Position numbers and translations under genes: made by a program. The notes below the pieces were generated by a model, which saw only the letters and a program-made list of their open reading frames with translations, ran no database searches and was not told where the DNA came from. This document shows positions 28,550 to 38,226 of a DNA stretch of 64,000 bases, piece by piece. Each line of letters opens with the position of its first letter. Position 1 is the stretch's first letter. This DNA comes from an uncultured Chloroflexia bacterium (GTDB lineage Bacteria > Chloroflexota > Limnocylindria > Limnocylindrales > CSP1-4), in NCBI GenBank assembly GCA_963746865.1, contig CAVVDB010000003.1, positions 585,549 through 649,548 of the forward strand. The letters run 5' to 3'.

Positions 28550-29071
28550 CTATCGAGCCGAACCCGGGCGATCGGTCCAGTACAGACACATGCGCTTGTC
28601 GTGCTTGGCCCAAATGAACTCGCGCATCGCAGGATGGACCTTCGAGGCCACGGCGCGAGATGGCGCATTCTCCGGGGACACAAGGGAGCACACGACGTCA
28701 AAGGGCGTGTCGGCGAAGACCCAGGCGACGCACGCACGGGCAGCCTCGGTAGCGTATCCGTGGCCCTGTTCGGCCGGCACGATGTGGTAACCGACCTCAG
28801 GGATCATCACGTCCTCGACGTGTTGGAGCATCGGTCCGCAGTCGCCGAGGAATCGCCCGTCTGAGCGACGTTCAACGGCCCACAGGCCGAACCCGTTGTC
28901 GGTATAGCTCCGCCGAGCCCAGTCGATCCAGGAGGCGACCGCGTCGCGGTCGAACGGCGCCGGGTAGTAGCGCATCGCGTCGGGATCGCCCAGGACCTCG
29001 ATGAGCGCGTCGAGGTCATCGGGTTCCAGCTCCCGTAGGAGAAGGCGCTCGGTCTCCAACTTCGCACGCAT
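28550..29071 (-). CDS. GNAT family N-acetyltransferase (RimJ/RimL-like)
   Basis: 173-aa gene MRAKLETERLLLREL...; the 423-aa track ORF is an upstream extension of this frame. Confidence 0.75.
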   Translation of the reverse strand: MRAKLETERLLLRELEPDDLDALIEVLGDPDAMRYYPAPFDRDAVASWIDWARRSYTDNGFGLWAVERRSDGRFLGDCGPMLQHVEDVMIPEVGYHIVPAEQGHGYATEAARACVAWVFADTPFDVVCSLVSPENAPSRAVASKVHPAMREFIWAKHDKRMCLYWTDRPGSAR

Positions 29072-29218
29072 TAGCGGAGAATAGTTCGCACCGCCATTCG
29101 ATGCCCCCGCGTGGCGAGCGGCGTGGGTCGAGCGGACCGGGTGACCAACGTCTGTAGCCGCGCCGTGCCCGACCAACCGTGAGGCTCGTGCACTGAGCCC
29201 ATCCCAGAGGAAGACAAG

Positions 29219-29608
29219 ATGAGCGATCCGCAGGCGAACAAACAGACCGCGATCGACTTCTACGAACTGATGTTCAACGACAACCGGCCGCGAGAGGCAC
29301 AGGAGCGATACACCGGTAGCGACTACCGGCAGCACAACCCCGGCGTAGGTGACGGCAAGGAAGCATTCATCGATTACTTCGACCGCATGGCCCGCGAATA
29401 CCCTGGCAAGCGGGTCGACGTGAAGCGCTCCATCGCCGAGGACGACTACGTGGTTCTCCACTGCTACCAGCACTGGCCGGGCGACCACGACTACGCGGGC
29501 ATCGACATCTTCCGGTTCGACGACAACGGCAAGATCGTCGAACACTGGGACGTCCTCCAGGTCGTCCCCGATCCGGCGGATGCCAAGAACGACAACGGGA
29601 TGTTCTAG
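29219..29608 (+). CDS. SnoaL-like / NTF2 family protein
   Basis: 129-aa ORF with SnoaL-like pattern ([24 protein letters not shown]...). Confidence 0.65.
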   Translation: MSDPQANKQTAIDFYELMFNDNRPREAQERYTGSDYRQHNPGVGDGKEAFIDYFDRMAREYPGKRVDVKRSIAEDDYVVLHCYQHWPGDHDYAGIDIFRFDDNGKIVEHWDVLQVVPDPADAKNDNGMF

Positions 29609-29692
29609 CGGCCTCGGACCTCGAGCGGTGTTGGTGCACGCTCGGTCACCTCCAGATACCAGTCCAGGACGCTGCGTTGCTGCTGGGGGCCG

Positions 29693-29713
29693 GAGTCCGT
29701 CCGGGGGCGCCAG
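29693..29713 (+). repeat. direct repeat of tRNA-Arg 3' end (21/21 identity to 28475-28495)
   Basis: GAGTCCGTCCGGGGGCGCCAG; upstream flank ctgcgttgctg also resembles the tRNA variable/T-arm region. Confidence 0.7.
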
Positions 29714-29798
29714 ATTGACCGGCACACCATCCGCGAGACTCGCGACGGATGCCCTGCGCACGGGAGTCTCCGCATACGCTCCGCGCGGTGTTTGCCGT

Positions 29799-31655
29799 CT
29801 ACGGGCTTGCCCAGACCCCATCGCCCTCCGCTGTGATCACGATCTTGCCCGGGATGCCGATCTGGTCCGCGCTGACCAACGATCCTCCTTCGCCCGGTCG
29901 CGCGTTCACGTAGATCCAACCGTCGTCGTCCGTAGGGAAGCGGAAGGTCACCTGCACGGTGGCGCCGGCTGGGACCACGTTCGGCGTCGCGGACCCGACG
30001 AGCCGCAGCAAGCCGTTCCCGTCGTCCTCGGCCACGAACAGCGTCGCGGGCTCGGAGCTCCTGTTGTCGACCGAGACCTTCCAGGACCGCGCATTCGGCG
30101 GAACGGGACCGGACGCGGGCGGGAGCGGCGTCGGGACCGGGGTCGGGCTCGGGAAGGCTGGCGGGAGCGGGCTCGGGAAGGCCGGCAATCGCGGCAGGGG
30201 CACGCCGGCAGGGACGTATAGCTCGGCCGCGCCATTCGTAACACACGCACCGTCGCCGTTACAGTCGCGGCCACCTGCTACGAGAACCGTGCCATCGAGC
30301 AGGGGCGTGAACGAGGAGCCGCTGGCGCACCGGCGCAGGCTCGGGGCGGTCGTCCACGACCCGGTGCGCGGGCTGTACAGCGCCGCGGCTGTACAGGGCT
30401 GAGGGGGGCCCTCGGGATCGTAGGGACCTGCCACCAGCACAGTCCCATCCGACAACAGCGTTGCCGTTCGGTAGCCGAGCTCGGTCGGCTGAGCGAGTAC
30501 GGTCCAGGTTCCGGCGGCCGGGTCGTAGATCTCGGCGAACGGGGCCTCGGACGACCTGCGCATGAAGAGCACGGTGCCATCCTGCAGGAGGATGGCCCAC
30601 CCATCATAACCACCGCAGCCTAGGCACTTCGGACGACCGTTGCGATGCGTGTTCGCGATGGCGGTCCAGGACCCCGTGTCCGGATCGTACAGCTCGGCCG
30701 CGTCCACCGTGTAATCGCCACCGTCGTACCCGCCTGCCACGAGCACCTTGCCGTCGCGGAGCAACGTGGCTGTGTGGGAGTGACGCGGAGTGATCATGTT
30801 TCCGGTCGCGGACCAGGTTCCGCTGTCCGGGTCGTACACCTCTACGCCGCCCTGGCTTGCCACCAGGACCTTACCGTCGCGCAACATGGTGGCGGAGGAG
30901 CCGGAGTCAGACCCCCAGACGGCCGCCCCCCCGACCAACGGTCCGGTGGCCGACCAGGTCCCGCTTTGCGGGTCGTACACCTCAGCGCCGATGGTCGAGA
31001 CATCCGACGCCGCCCTGGCGAGGCCCCCGAAGAGTATCCTGCCGTCGCGCAGCAGCGTGGGCGGGAAGCCTTCCTGGGGCTTGAGCATGTTCCCTGTGGC
31101 CGACCAGGTCCCGCTGACCGGGTCGTACAGACCTGCGGAGGTGAGGTTCCTCTGGTCTTCCTCTCCTGGCCGGGATCCGTCCGAGCCACCTGCAACGAGG
31201 ACCCGCCCATCGGCGAGCCGCACCGCAATGTGGTCAAAGCTCGGCTTGCCCATCGACCCGGTCGGGATCCAGACGCCTCCCGGACCCGCGACAGGGATCG
31301 GACGTGCGGATGGTGCTGCCGACTGGCTCGGGGTCGGGGACGTCGCGTCTGGCGATGCAGTGGCGACCGCAACGACCGATGGGGCAGGGACAGGCGGGAC
31401 GACGGTCGGCAGCCGCAGAAGGCCGGAGCCCGCCAACGCCCCACCGACGAGCAACAGGGCTGCCGCCGCGAGAAGCGTCATGTCGCGACCCCGGCCGAAC
31501 CGTCGGACCGGGAGGGTCGTGGTCCAGCCGGGCCGCTGGCGCAGGGTTCGGGCGCGATCCATGACCGACGCGTGGAAACCTGCCGGTGCGCTCGCGGGCG
31601 CCTCGGCCTGGAGCCACTGCGCCAGGTCCCGTTCGAACTGCGCGTTCGGGTTCAT
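29799..31655 (-). CDS. anti-sigma factor with extracytoplasmic Kelch-type beta-propeller and C-terminal domain
   Basis: ATGA overlap with upstream ECF sigma; TM LLAAAALLLVGGALAG; repeated LRDGRVL/LLRDGKVLVAGG Kelch-like blades. Confidence 0.7.
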   Translation of the reverse strand: MNPNAQFERDLAQWLQAEAPASAPAGFHASVMDRARTLRQRPGWTTTLPVRRFGRGRDMTLLAAAALLLVGGALAGSGLLRLPTVVPPVPAPSVVAVATASPDATSPTPSQSAAPSARPIPVAGPGGVWIPTGSMGKPSFDHIAVRLADGRVLVAGGSDGSRPGEEDQRNLTSAGLYDPVSGTWSATGNMLKPQEGFPPTLLRDGRILFGGLARAASDVSTIGAEVYDPQSGTWSATGPLVGGAAVWGSDSGSSATMLRDGKVLVASQGGVEVYDPDSGTWSATGNMITPRHSHTATLLRDGKVLVAGGYDGGDYTVDAAELYDPDTGSWTAIANTHRNGRPKCLGCGGYDGWAILLQDGTVLFMRRSSEAPFAEIYDPAAGTWTVLAQPTELGYRTATLLSDGTVLVAGPYDPEGPPQPCTAAALYSPRTGSWTTAPSLRRCASGSSFTPLLDGTVLVAGGRDCNGDGACVTNGAAELYVPAGVPLPRLPAFPSPLPPAFPSPTPVPTPLPPASGPVPPNARSWKVSVDNRSSEPATLFVAEDDGNGLLRLVGSATPNVVPAGATVQVTFRFPTDDDGWIYVNARPGEGGSLVSADQIGIPGKIVITAEGDGVWASP

Positions 31656-32209
31656 CGGGCCACCTCCATCGCGCCCACGGCGGATCGCTCATCGGCGTCG
31701 AGGGCCGCCCGCATCGCCTGCGTCGCCCTGCTGAGACGGGATTGCATCGTGCCGAGCGGGATCGCCAGCGCCTCGGCGGACTCGGCCAGCGAGAGGCCGA
31801 GGTAGTGGTGGAAGACGATCACGGCCCGCTGCTCTGGCGACAGGCGCCGGAAGCCCCGATCGAGCTGGTCACGCACGGCCACGGAGCGCTGGGCGTCGGG
31901 CGTCATCGGCTCCAGCGTCGCCTCGAGGGGGAGCTCGACGACCGCCCGCTGTCGGCCCCGTTTCGCGGCGCGGTAGCAGGCACGGACGAGCAGTCGATGC
32001 AGCCAGGCATCGAACCGGTCCGGGTCACGCAGACCGCGTATGTCGAGCCAGGCTTGGAGGAGCGCATCCTGCACGGCATCGGCGGCGTGCTCGTCATCGC
32101 GGAGAATGAGCCGGGCCGCCCCGAAGAGCCGATCGGTCGCGCCGGCGGTCAATGCCGAGAAGGCATCGAGATCCCCCTTCTGCGCCCGAACCACGAGGTC
32201 TCGCTGCAT
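31652..32209 (-). CDS. ECF RNA polymerase sigma factor
   Basis: Region 2 DAVQDALLQAWLDIRGL, region 4 LAESAEALAIPLGTMQSRLSRA. Confidence 0.85.
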   Translation of the reverse strand: MQRDLVVRAQKGDLDAFSALTAGATDRLFGAARLILRDDEHAADAVQDALLQAWLDIRGLRDPDRFDAWLHRLLVRACYRAAKRGRQRAVVELPLEATLEPMTPDAQRSVAVRDQLDRGFRRLSPEQRAVIVFHHYLGLSLAESAEALAIPLGTMQSRLSRATQAMRAALDADERSAVGAMEVAR

Positions 32210-32401
32210 CGGTCAACCTTCGGCGTGGCGGTCGTCTGGCCGCTCTGTCCAGTCTGGGGCAGGATCTAGCCGGTTTGTTCCATCTTCGCGAGTCGCCGGG
32301 TCATCAGCCTGCACGGGGGCGCGCCCGACCTCGTGCGGGCCGTCACGCGACGCCCGCGTATCATGCGAGAGAGTCCTCATGCGACGCCCGTTCCCCGGGG
32401 A

Positions 32402-32418
32402 CCGTCCGGGGGCGCCAG
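32402..32418 (+). repeat. direct repeat of tRNA-Arg 3' end (17/17)
   Basis: CCGTCCGGGGGCGCCAG. Confidence 0.6.
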
Positions 32419-32477
32419 AACATCAAAGTTGTCTCGATGAAGGGCCGGGCCGGCGCGTCCTGGCCACGGAGAGGGCG

Positions 32478-32825
32478 ATGCAGATCCCGAGACCCACACC
32501 CGCGGACATGGATCGGTTCCGGGCAGCCGTACCCGACGACCCCCGGGTGCAGGTCAAGCCCATGTTCGGGAACCTCGGGGCCTTCGTGAACGGCAACATG
32601 TTCATGGGCCTGTTCGGGGCGGACATCGGGCTCAAGCTGGCGCCCGACGACGCCGCCACACTCATGGCGATCGAGGGGGCGGGGCCGTTCGGTCCAGCCG
32701 AGCGGCCGATGGGTGGGTATGTGACCATCCCGCCGGCCGTCATCGGCACAACCGACGGCGACCAGTGGACGGCGGCCGCCCTGGCATACGTGGCGGCGAT
32801 GCCACCGAAGGCGCCGAAGACATAG
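32478..32825 (+). CDS. TfoX N-terminal domain-like protein
   Basis: 115-aa ORF; KPMFGNLGAFVNGNMF... pattern typical of the TfoX/Sxy N-domain; the track ORF from 32040 is an upstream extension. Confidence 0.55.
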   Translation: MQIPRPTPADMDRFRAAVPDDPRVQVKPMFGNLGAFVNGNMFMGLFGADIGLKLAPDDAATLMAIEGAGPFGPAERPMGGYVTIPPAVIGTTDGDQWTAAALAYVAAMPPKAPKT

Positions 32826-32863
32826 CGATCCGGCACGAGCGCCCCGCGTTCGCTGCCCCGGCG

Positions 32864-32877
32864 TCCGTCCGGGGGCG
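32864..32877 (+). repeat. degenerate direct repeat of tRNA-Arg 3' end (14 nt)
   Basis: TCCGTCCGGGGGCG followed by gcc instead of cca. Confidence 0.4.
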
Positions 32878-32885
32878 GCCTGGGT

Positions 32886-33887
32886 TCAGGGTGCTGGCCG
32901 CAGGTAGACGGGGTACTCGCGCACCGCGGCCGGCTTGCCGCTGTACTCAGAGATATCCCAGACTCGGAGCGTGCCCCACTGGGACGTCGACACGGCGTAG
33001 TGCAGGGTCGCGTCGAACTCGCCCCAGCATCCGGTTCCGCAGCTCGCCAGCACCGGAGTATCGAGCAGGACCTTGTCGTTGCGGTCGAGCACGGCGATCC
33101 GGAACTGCCCTTCGAAGACGTTGGCAAGTCCTGCGACCGGGCCGGGGTTCAGCAGGGCGGCGCCCCACGCCGGCCGATCGACGAAGATCAGGGGCAGGTA
33201 CCGGTCGCGGTAGGTGGCCCGGGTGACGGGCTTGTCCAGAACGATCTCCTCGGACGAGAACACCGTGACCGGCTTGCCCTCGAGCTTGAAATTGACGCGA
33301 TCCACGGTTGTGAATTGGGTCATGGTGTAGACGACCTGGGCCAGGCGTCCGCGGAGCGAGAAGATGCCGTCATCCCAGGCGTCGTCAGGGGACAATGAGG
33401 CGAACTCGGCGGACAGGTCGACCGTCGCGAGGCCTCCCGAGATCTCGATCCCGACGAGCTTTGAGCCGGCTGGGATCAGCGTCTTGATCGGCGGAAGCGC
33501 CGTTCGTTCCTTGGCCGACGGACCGGCGAGCAGCGCGTTCATCGCGGCGGTAGCAGCGTCCGGGCTCTTGGGCACGGTCCGGAGGACGGGCACGAGGGTG
33601 GGATCCTCGCCACGCGGATCGTGCAGCAAGAAGTACGCACGAACGATCATGGTGGTGGGGATCGGTGGCGCGCCCGTCGGGCTCGGCGTCGCCGGAGTGA
33701 GGGTCGGTGACGGCGTCGGCAGCGGCGTTGGAGCACCTGTAGGCGGCGGCAGCGGCGAGGACGTCGGCGACGGGAGGCTCGCCATGGGGGTGCCCGAGGC
33801 CGTCGCGCTCGGGGTTGCCGCGGGTGCCGCGCACCCCGCGACGAAGGCAAGCACCAGGAGCGCGACGACTGGCTGGAGACGAAACAT
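32886..33887 (-). CDS. GerMN-domain lipoprotein
   Basis: Lipobox LAFVAGC, Pro/Thr-rich linker, C-terminal GerMN-like region. Confidence 0.65.
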   Translation of the reverse strand: MFRLQPVVALLVLAFVAGCAAPAATPSATASGTPMASLPSPTSSPLPPPTGAPTPLPTPSPTLTPATPSPTGAPPIPTTMIVRAYFLLHDPRGEDPTLVPVLRTVPKSPDAATAAMNALLAGPSAKERTALPPIKTLIPAGSKLVGIEISGGLATVDLSAEFASLSPDDAWDDGIFSLRGRLAQVVYTMTQFTTVDRVNFKLEGKPVTVFSSEEIVLDKPVTRATYRDRYLPLIFVDRPAWGAALLNPGPVAGLANVFEGQFRIAVLDRNDKVLLDTPVLASCGTGCWGEFDATLHYAVSTSQWGTLRVWDISEYSGKPAAVREYPVYLRPAP

Positions 33888-34003
33888 GTCAGGTCCTTCC
33901 CGAAGGGAGATTCATCCACCCTCAGGATCGATGCTCGGCTCTCCGCACGCATCTGCCGCCGGTCATGAACGCATCGGCCAACCGGCCCGCGGCCCGCTCG
34001 AGA

Positions 34004-34540
34004 TCAAGCAGGAACGTAGGTCAACCTGATCACATCCTCGTCGATCCGATCATCAGCGATCAGGCGAAGCGGCGGCTGGGGTCCGGCGAAGAATGGCTTG
34101 CCGTGACCGAGCACGACAGGGTGCAGGTAGATCCGGTACTCATCGATCAGGCCAAGTTCGGTGAGACTGTGAGCCAGGGCCGGGCCACCGACTTCGATCT
34201 CCCCGTCGCGCTCGGCCTTCAGTGCGCGGATCGCGCCCTCAAGATCATCCTCGACAAGCTTGGCGTTGGCGCCGACCGACTTCAACGAACGCGAGACGAC
34301 CCATTTCGGTTGGTTCCGCCACGCCGTCGCGAAGGCGCGTTCGTCTGCGTCCCATTCAGGTTGGTCGTCGTCCCAGTAGCGCATGACCTCATACAGCCGG
34401 CGACCGTAGACACTGCCTGCGTGCCGCTGAGCCTCCTCGATGAAGTGACGGAAGAGCGTGGGGCTTGGACCAAACGCCGTGTGGTCGACGTAGCCGTCCA
34501 GGGACTGATTCATTCCGAACACGAGCCTTGCCATGTCCAC
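34004..34540 (-). CDS. dihydrofolate reductase family protein (RibD C-terminal domain-like)
   Basis: VFGMNQSLDGYV...GGPALAHSLTELGLIDEYRIYLHPVVLGHG pattern. Confidence 0.7.
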   Translation of the reverse strand: MDMARLVFGMNQSLDGYVDHTAFGPSPTLFRHFIEEAQRHAGSVYGRRLYEVMRYWDDDQPEWDADERAFATAWRNQPKWVVSRSLKSVGANAKLVEDDLEGAIRALKAERDGEIEVGGPALAHSLTELGLIDEYRIYLHPVVLGHGKPFFAGPQPPLRLIADDRIDEDVIRLTYVPA

Positions 34541-34548
34541 GTCCTTTC

Positions 34549-35572
34549 CTAGCGCCAGCCGAGCTCAGGGGCTACGAATCTGAGGATGCTCTCGATCGCA
34601 TGGGCGTTGTACTCGACGCCGAGCTGGTTCGGGACGGTCAGGAGGAGCGTGTCCGCCGCCTGGATCGCCTTGTCCCCGGCGAGCTCCTTGACCAGGACGT
34701 CAGGCTCCGCGGCGTAGGAACGCCCGAAGATCGCCCTGGTCTGGGCGTCGATGTAGCCGACCTGGTCCGACGCCTGGTTGCTGCGCCCGAAGTACGCTCG
34801 GTCGCGGTCGTCGACCAGCGCGAAGATGCTTCGACTGACCGACACCCGCGGCGTACGCGCATGCCCCGCCACGTCCCACGCCTCACGGAACAACCGGATC
34901 TGCTCCGCTTGGAGCTCGTGGAACGGCATGCCGGCGTCCTCGGTCATGAGCGTCGACGACATCAGGTTCAAGCCATTCGTGCCCGCCCACTCCGCCGTCG
35001 CGCGCGAACCGGCGCCCCACCAGATCCGGTCGCGCAACCCGGGCGAGTGCGGCTCGGGACGGAGCAGGCCGGGCGGGTTCGGGAACATCGGGGAGGGGTT
35101 GGGCTGGGCGAACCCGGCCCCGGACAGCGCCTTGGAGGAAGACGTCGGCGTGCCGGCGTGCCATGTCGGCGTCGGTCTCGCCGTCCGGCGGAACGTAGCC
35201 GAAGTATCGGAAGCCATCGATGACCTGCTCGGGCGATCCGCGGCTGATCCCGAGCTGCAGACGGCCGCCGGCGATGAGGTCGGCGGCACCCGCATCCTCG
35301 ATCATGTAGAGCGGGTTCTCGTAGCGCATGTCGATGACGGCGGTCCCGATCTCGATGCGCTTGGTGCGAGCACCGATCGCCGCCAGGAGCGGGAACGGCG
35401 ACGCAAGTTGCTGGGCGAAGTGGTGGACTCGAAAGTAGGCGCCGTCGGCCCCCAGGTCCTCGACCGCCTCGGCAAGCTCGATCGACTGGATGAGCGCGTC
35501 CGAGCCCGAGCGGACTTGCGAGTGGGGCGACGCGGACCAATGTCCGAACGACAGGAAGCCGATCTTCTTCAC
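34549..35572 (-). pseudogene. LLM-class (luciferase-like) flavin-dependent oxidoreductase, frameshift near 35132
   Basis: N-terminal half MKKIGFLSFGHW...DMARRHADVFLQ in one frame, C-terminal half ALSGAGFAQPNPSPMFPNPP...WWGAGSRATAEWAGTNGLNL... in another; extra G in a GG run on the coding strand. Confidence 0.7.
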
Positions 35573-35604
35573 TCGCCGATTCTAGGGACCTGCGGGCCCG
35601 CCAG

Positions 35605-36864
35605 ATGGCATCATCGGTCGGAGAGATGCCGCCTTCACAAGACGATCCGCCACAGGCGCCCTTGGATCCCGGACAGCCGGTGACTCCCGACGACGTGCCC
35701 GACGGGGCCACTCGCGTCCTGTCCGAGGAGCTCGTGGCTGCGGCGTCGTCGCCGGGCGGAGGCTTGAACGTCATCCAGCGTTCGCTTCAGGGGCCGCACT
35801 GGAAGGAACCGATCGATCTCCAGATCCAACTTCAGGTTGGCCGTGATGCCGGTGGCAGCATCGCCGTCCTGATCACCGAGCCATACGAAGGGCCGAAGGC
35901 GCCGGACACGATCTTCCGGATCGACCCATCCGATCCGATGACCATGGAGGCGATGGTCGTCGAGCTTCGTCGGATGTTCGCAGCGTGGCACGCAGACCGC
36001 GAGTCGCCCTGGCGGTTCGAACAGCATCGCTCGGGCGCACAGGGACCGGTCGACGAGGACTGGCAAGCGCACCCCACGGCGTCGGATCTGCTCGATCGCC
36101 TTCGACGAGTTCGGTCGGGCCGCGGCGGCGTGGTAGCCGTCGCAGCGATCGATCGTCCCCTGACTGTCATGCGGTTGTCCGTGTCGGGCCGGGTCGCAAA
36201 CATGCTGGTGACGGGCCGCACCGAGCCGCTGCTGGAACGGTGGCCGTCGAATGAACGCTCACCTGATCGATGGTCGGTCCGAGGCAGCAAGTCTGCGCTC
36301 AAGCTGCTGCGAGACCTGTCAGCCGCGCTTGGGGAGGTGACTCACCCTGACGATCCTGCGCCGGGCGCCAGGCTGGCCCTTCGGTTGGAGACGAATGCAT
36401 CGTCGAAACGGGCATCCGAAGCCGGTTGTGTGCCTCTCGTCATGGTCGCCCTACTCACCGTCGTCGTCGGCTGGGTGCTGTACTACTTGGGGTGGCCTCA
36501 AACCGGGATCTACGCTCACTTGGCGCGCCAGGTTCGTGAGGGCGAGACGAATGACCCGCAGGGCGGGGCTCTGATCGTCACCATCGCGCTGGCGATCGGT
36601 GTGGTCCTGGCGCTCCTCGCCATGAAGGGCGTCGAGCGGATGGTCGATCGCTTTGGACTCCGATATACCCTCGAAGGCCCCGTGCTGAAGGCAGCGGCAC
36701 TCGGCGTGTACGGCGTCTGGGTGGCCGCCCTGATGCTGACTCCACTTTGGTCGCTCCTCGAGGGGCCTGTGGTCATCATCGTGCTTGCGTTGGTCGCCCT
36801 GCTTGGAGTCGTGCTTGCCCAGAGCTGGCTCGAGGACCGGAGACGATCCCAAAAGCAGCGCTGA
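35605..36864 (+). CDS. hypothetical protein, ~290-aa soluble N-terminal region plus 3-4 C-terminal TM helices
   Basis: 419-aa ORF, no recognisable domain. Confidence 0.5.
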   Translation: MASSVGEMPPSQDDPPQAPLDPGQPVTPDDVPDGATRVLSEELVAAASSPGGGLNVIQRSLQGPHWKEPIDLQIQLQVGRDAGGSIAVLITEPYEGPKAPDTIFRIDPSDPMTMEAMVVELRRMFAAWHADRESPWRFEQHRSGAQGPVDEDWQAHPTASDLLDRLRRVRSGRGGVVAVAAIDRPLTVMRLSVSGRVANMLVTGRTEPLLERWPSNERSPDRWSVRGSKSALKLLRDLSAALGEVTHPDDPAPGARLALRLETNASSKRASEAGCVPLVMVALLTVVVGWVLYYLGWPQTGIYAHLARQVREGETNDPQGGALIVTIALAIGVVLALLAMKGVERMVDRFGLRYTLEGPVLKAAALGVYGVWVAALMLTPLWSLLEGPVVIIVLALVALLGVVLAQSWLEDRRRSQKQR

Positions 36865-36932
36865 CGGCTACGCCCCAGCCGGGGCTACGGACGGGAGTAT
36901 CGCCCGGCGCGCCAACCTGTCATCTTGGATCG

Positions 36933-37412
36933 ATGGCCGCAGATTCTCCCCAGCGGAAGGGTGCACGCGGTCCCGCCGACGCGCGACCATCGTTCGACGA
37001 GACGCTCGGACACTACGTCCTCGACCAGCCGCTCTTGCGGTCGGTCCGGGAGCATCCTGAGACCGCCGTGCCATGGATCCTGCTCGGTGTCCTGGTCGTC
37101 GTGGCCGCCCTGCTCGGCGGGATGCCTGCACTACTCCTCGCGCTGTTCTTCGGGCTCCCGGTGCTCTTGCTGGTTCGTCTCGTTCTGTCGAGGCGGCGAG
37201 GCCGGACCTCTGCACCTGCTCGAACATCTGACCCCGGGAGCCCGTTGCGGTTGGTGCTCATCCTCGCCTGGGTGGCCGCCGTGATGGGGTCGATCGTCTC
37301 CTTAGTGATGGTCGATATCGGAGCGGGCGATACCGGGATCATCCGCGTGGTCGCCTTGATCATCCTGTTGCCGATCGCCGGCAAGGCACTCCAATGGGTC
37401 ATGCGCCAGTAA
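36933..37412 (+). CDS. hypothetical small membrane protein
   Basis: 159-aa ORF with three predicted TM helices (start chosen at ATG 36933). Confidence 0.4.
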   Translation: MAADSPQRKGARGPADARPSFDETLGHYVLDQPLLRSVREHPETAVPWILLGVLVVVAALLGGMPALLLALFFGLPVLLLVRLVLSRRRGRTSAPARTSDPGSPLRLVLILAWVAAVMGSIVSLVMVDIGAGDTGIIRVVALIILLPIAGKALQWVMRQ

Positions 37413-37475
37413 CGCCGACTTCGGAACGCCAGCGTCATACTCGTCATCCGTCACCCTCAGAGGTCGGGAGGAGCC

Positions 37476-38144
37476 ATGGGTGGGTTCGAAGCGATCGAGA
37501 TCGGCGACGCCACGACGTCGCTCTACGTCGCCGGCGATGAGCCATCCGCTCCGGGCGTCGTCGTGTTCCACGCCTGGTGGGGCCTGAACGAGGACGTCGT
37601 CGCGTATGCGGACCGGTTGGCCGGGGCCGGGTTCGCGGTCGTGGCCCCGGACATGTTCGGTGGCCGGGTGGCGACGACGATCGAAGGCGCCGAGGTGCTC
37701 GCCGGCAGAGCCGACGAGGAGGCGATCAACGTCATCGCGCTGGCAGCGGTCGATCACCTGGCGAGCCGCCTGGATCCAACGGCGAAGCTCGCCGCGGTGG
37801 GGTTCTCGTTCGGCGCCCACTGGGCCATCTGGAGCCCGAGCAAGCGGGAGCGCGTGATCGCGTCGGTCCTGTATTACGGGACGACAGGAGACGCGCTCAC
37901 GGACGCGTCCACACCCGTGCTGGGCCACTTCGCCGAGGCGGACCCGTACGAGTCGGACGAGTGGGTCGACGAGTTCACTGGCGAGCTTCGGTCCGCCGGT
38001 CGTGATGTCACGATCCACCGCTACCCGGGAACCGGGCACTGGTTCGCGGAGCCCTCACGCGACGCCTGGCGACCCGACGCCGCGGACCTCGCCTTCGAGC
38101 GAACGGCGGGATTCCTGCGCCGGCACCTGGTGCCGCGGCCGTAA
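37476..38144 (+). CDS. dienelactone hydrolase family protein
   Basis: alpha/beta hydrolase with nucleophile elbow GFSFGA and C-terminal GTGHWF. Confidence 0.8.
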   Translation: MGGFEAIEIGDATTSLYVAGDEPSAPGVVVFHAWWGLNEDVVAYADRLAGAGFAVVAPDMFGGRVATTIEGAEVLAGRADEEAINVIALAAVDHLASRLDPTAKLAAVGFSFGAHWAIWSPSKRERVIASVLYYGTTGDALTDASTPVLGHFAEADPYESDEWVDEFTGELRSAGRDVTIHRYPGTGHWFAEPSRDAWRPDAADLAFERTAGFLRRHLVPRP

Positions 38145-38226
38145 CAGCAGTCGCGCACAGGCGTCCTACGGTTGGTTCGACGTTCGGGCCGCTCCTGGGC
38201 ACACAGGCGGTTCTGAGAGGCACTCG

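Noticed and set aside
28550-29821. 423-aa ORF upstream extension of the GNAT gene
   Set aside because: Only the C-terminal 173 aa (from ATG 29071) has acetyltransferase character; the rest is antisense to the SnoaL-like gene.
28496-32880. Looked for integrase, excisionase, transposase or phage genes inside or next to the tRNA-Arg repeat-delimited segments
   Set aside because: None found; no tyrosine-recombinase (R..H..RH..Y) or DDE motifs in any frame, so the segments are reported as remnant islets rather than an active mobile element.
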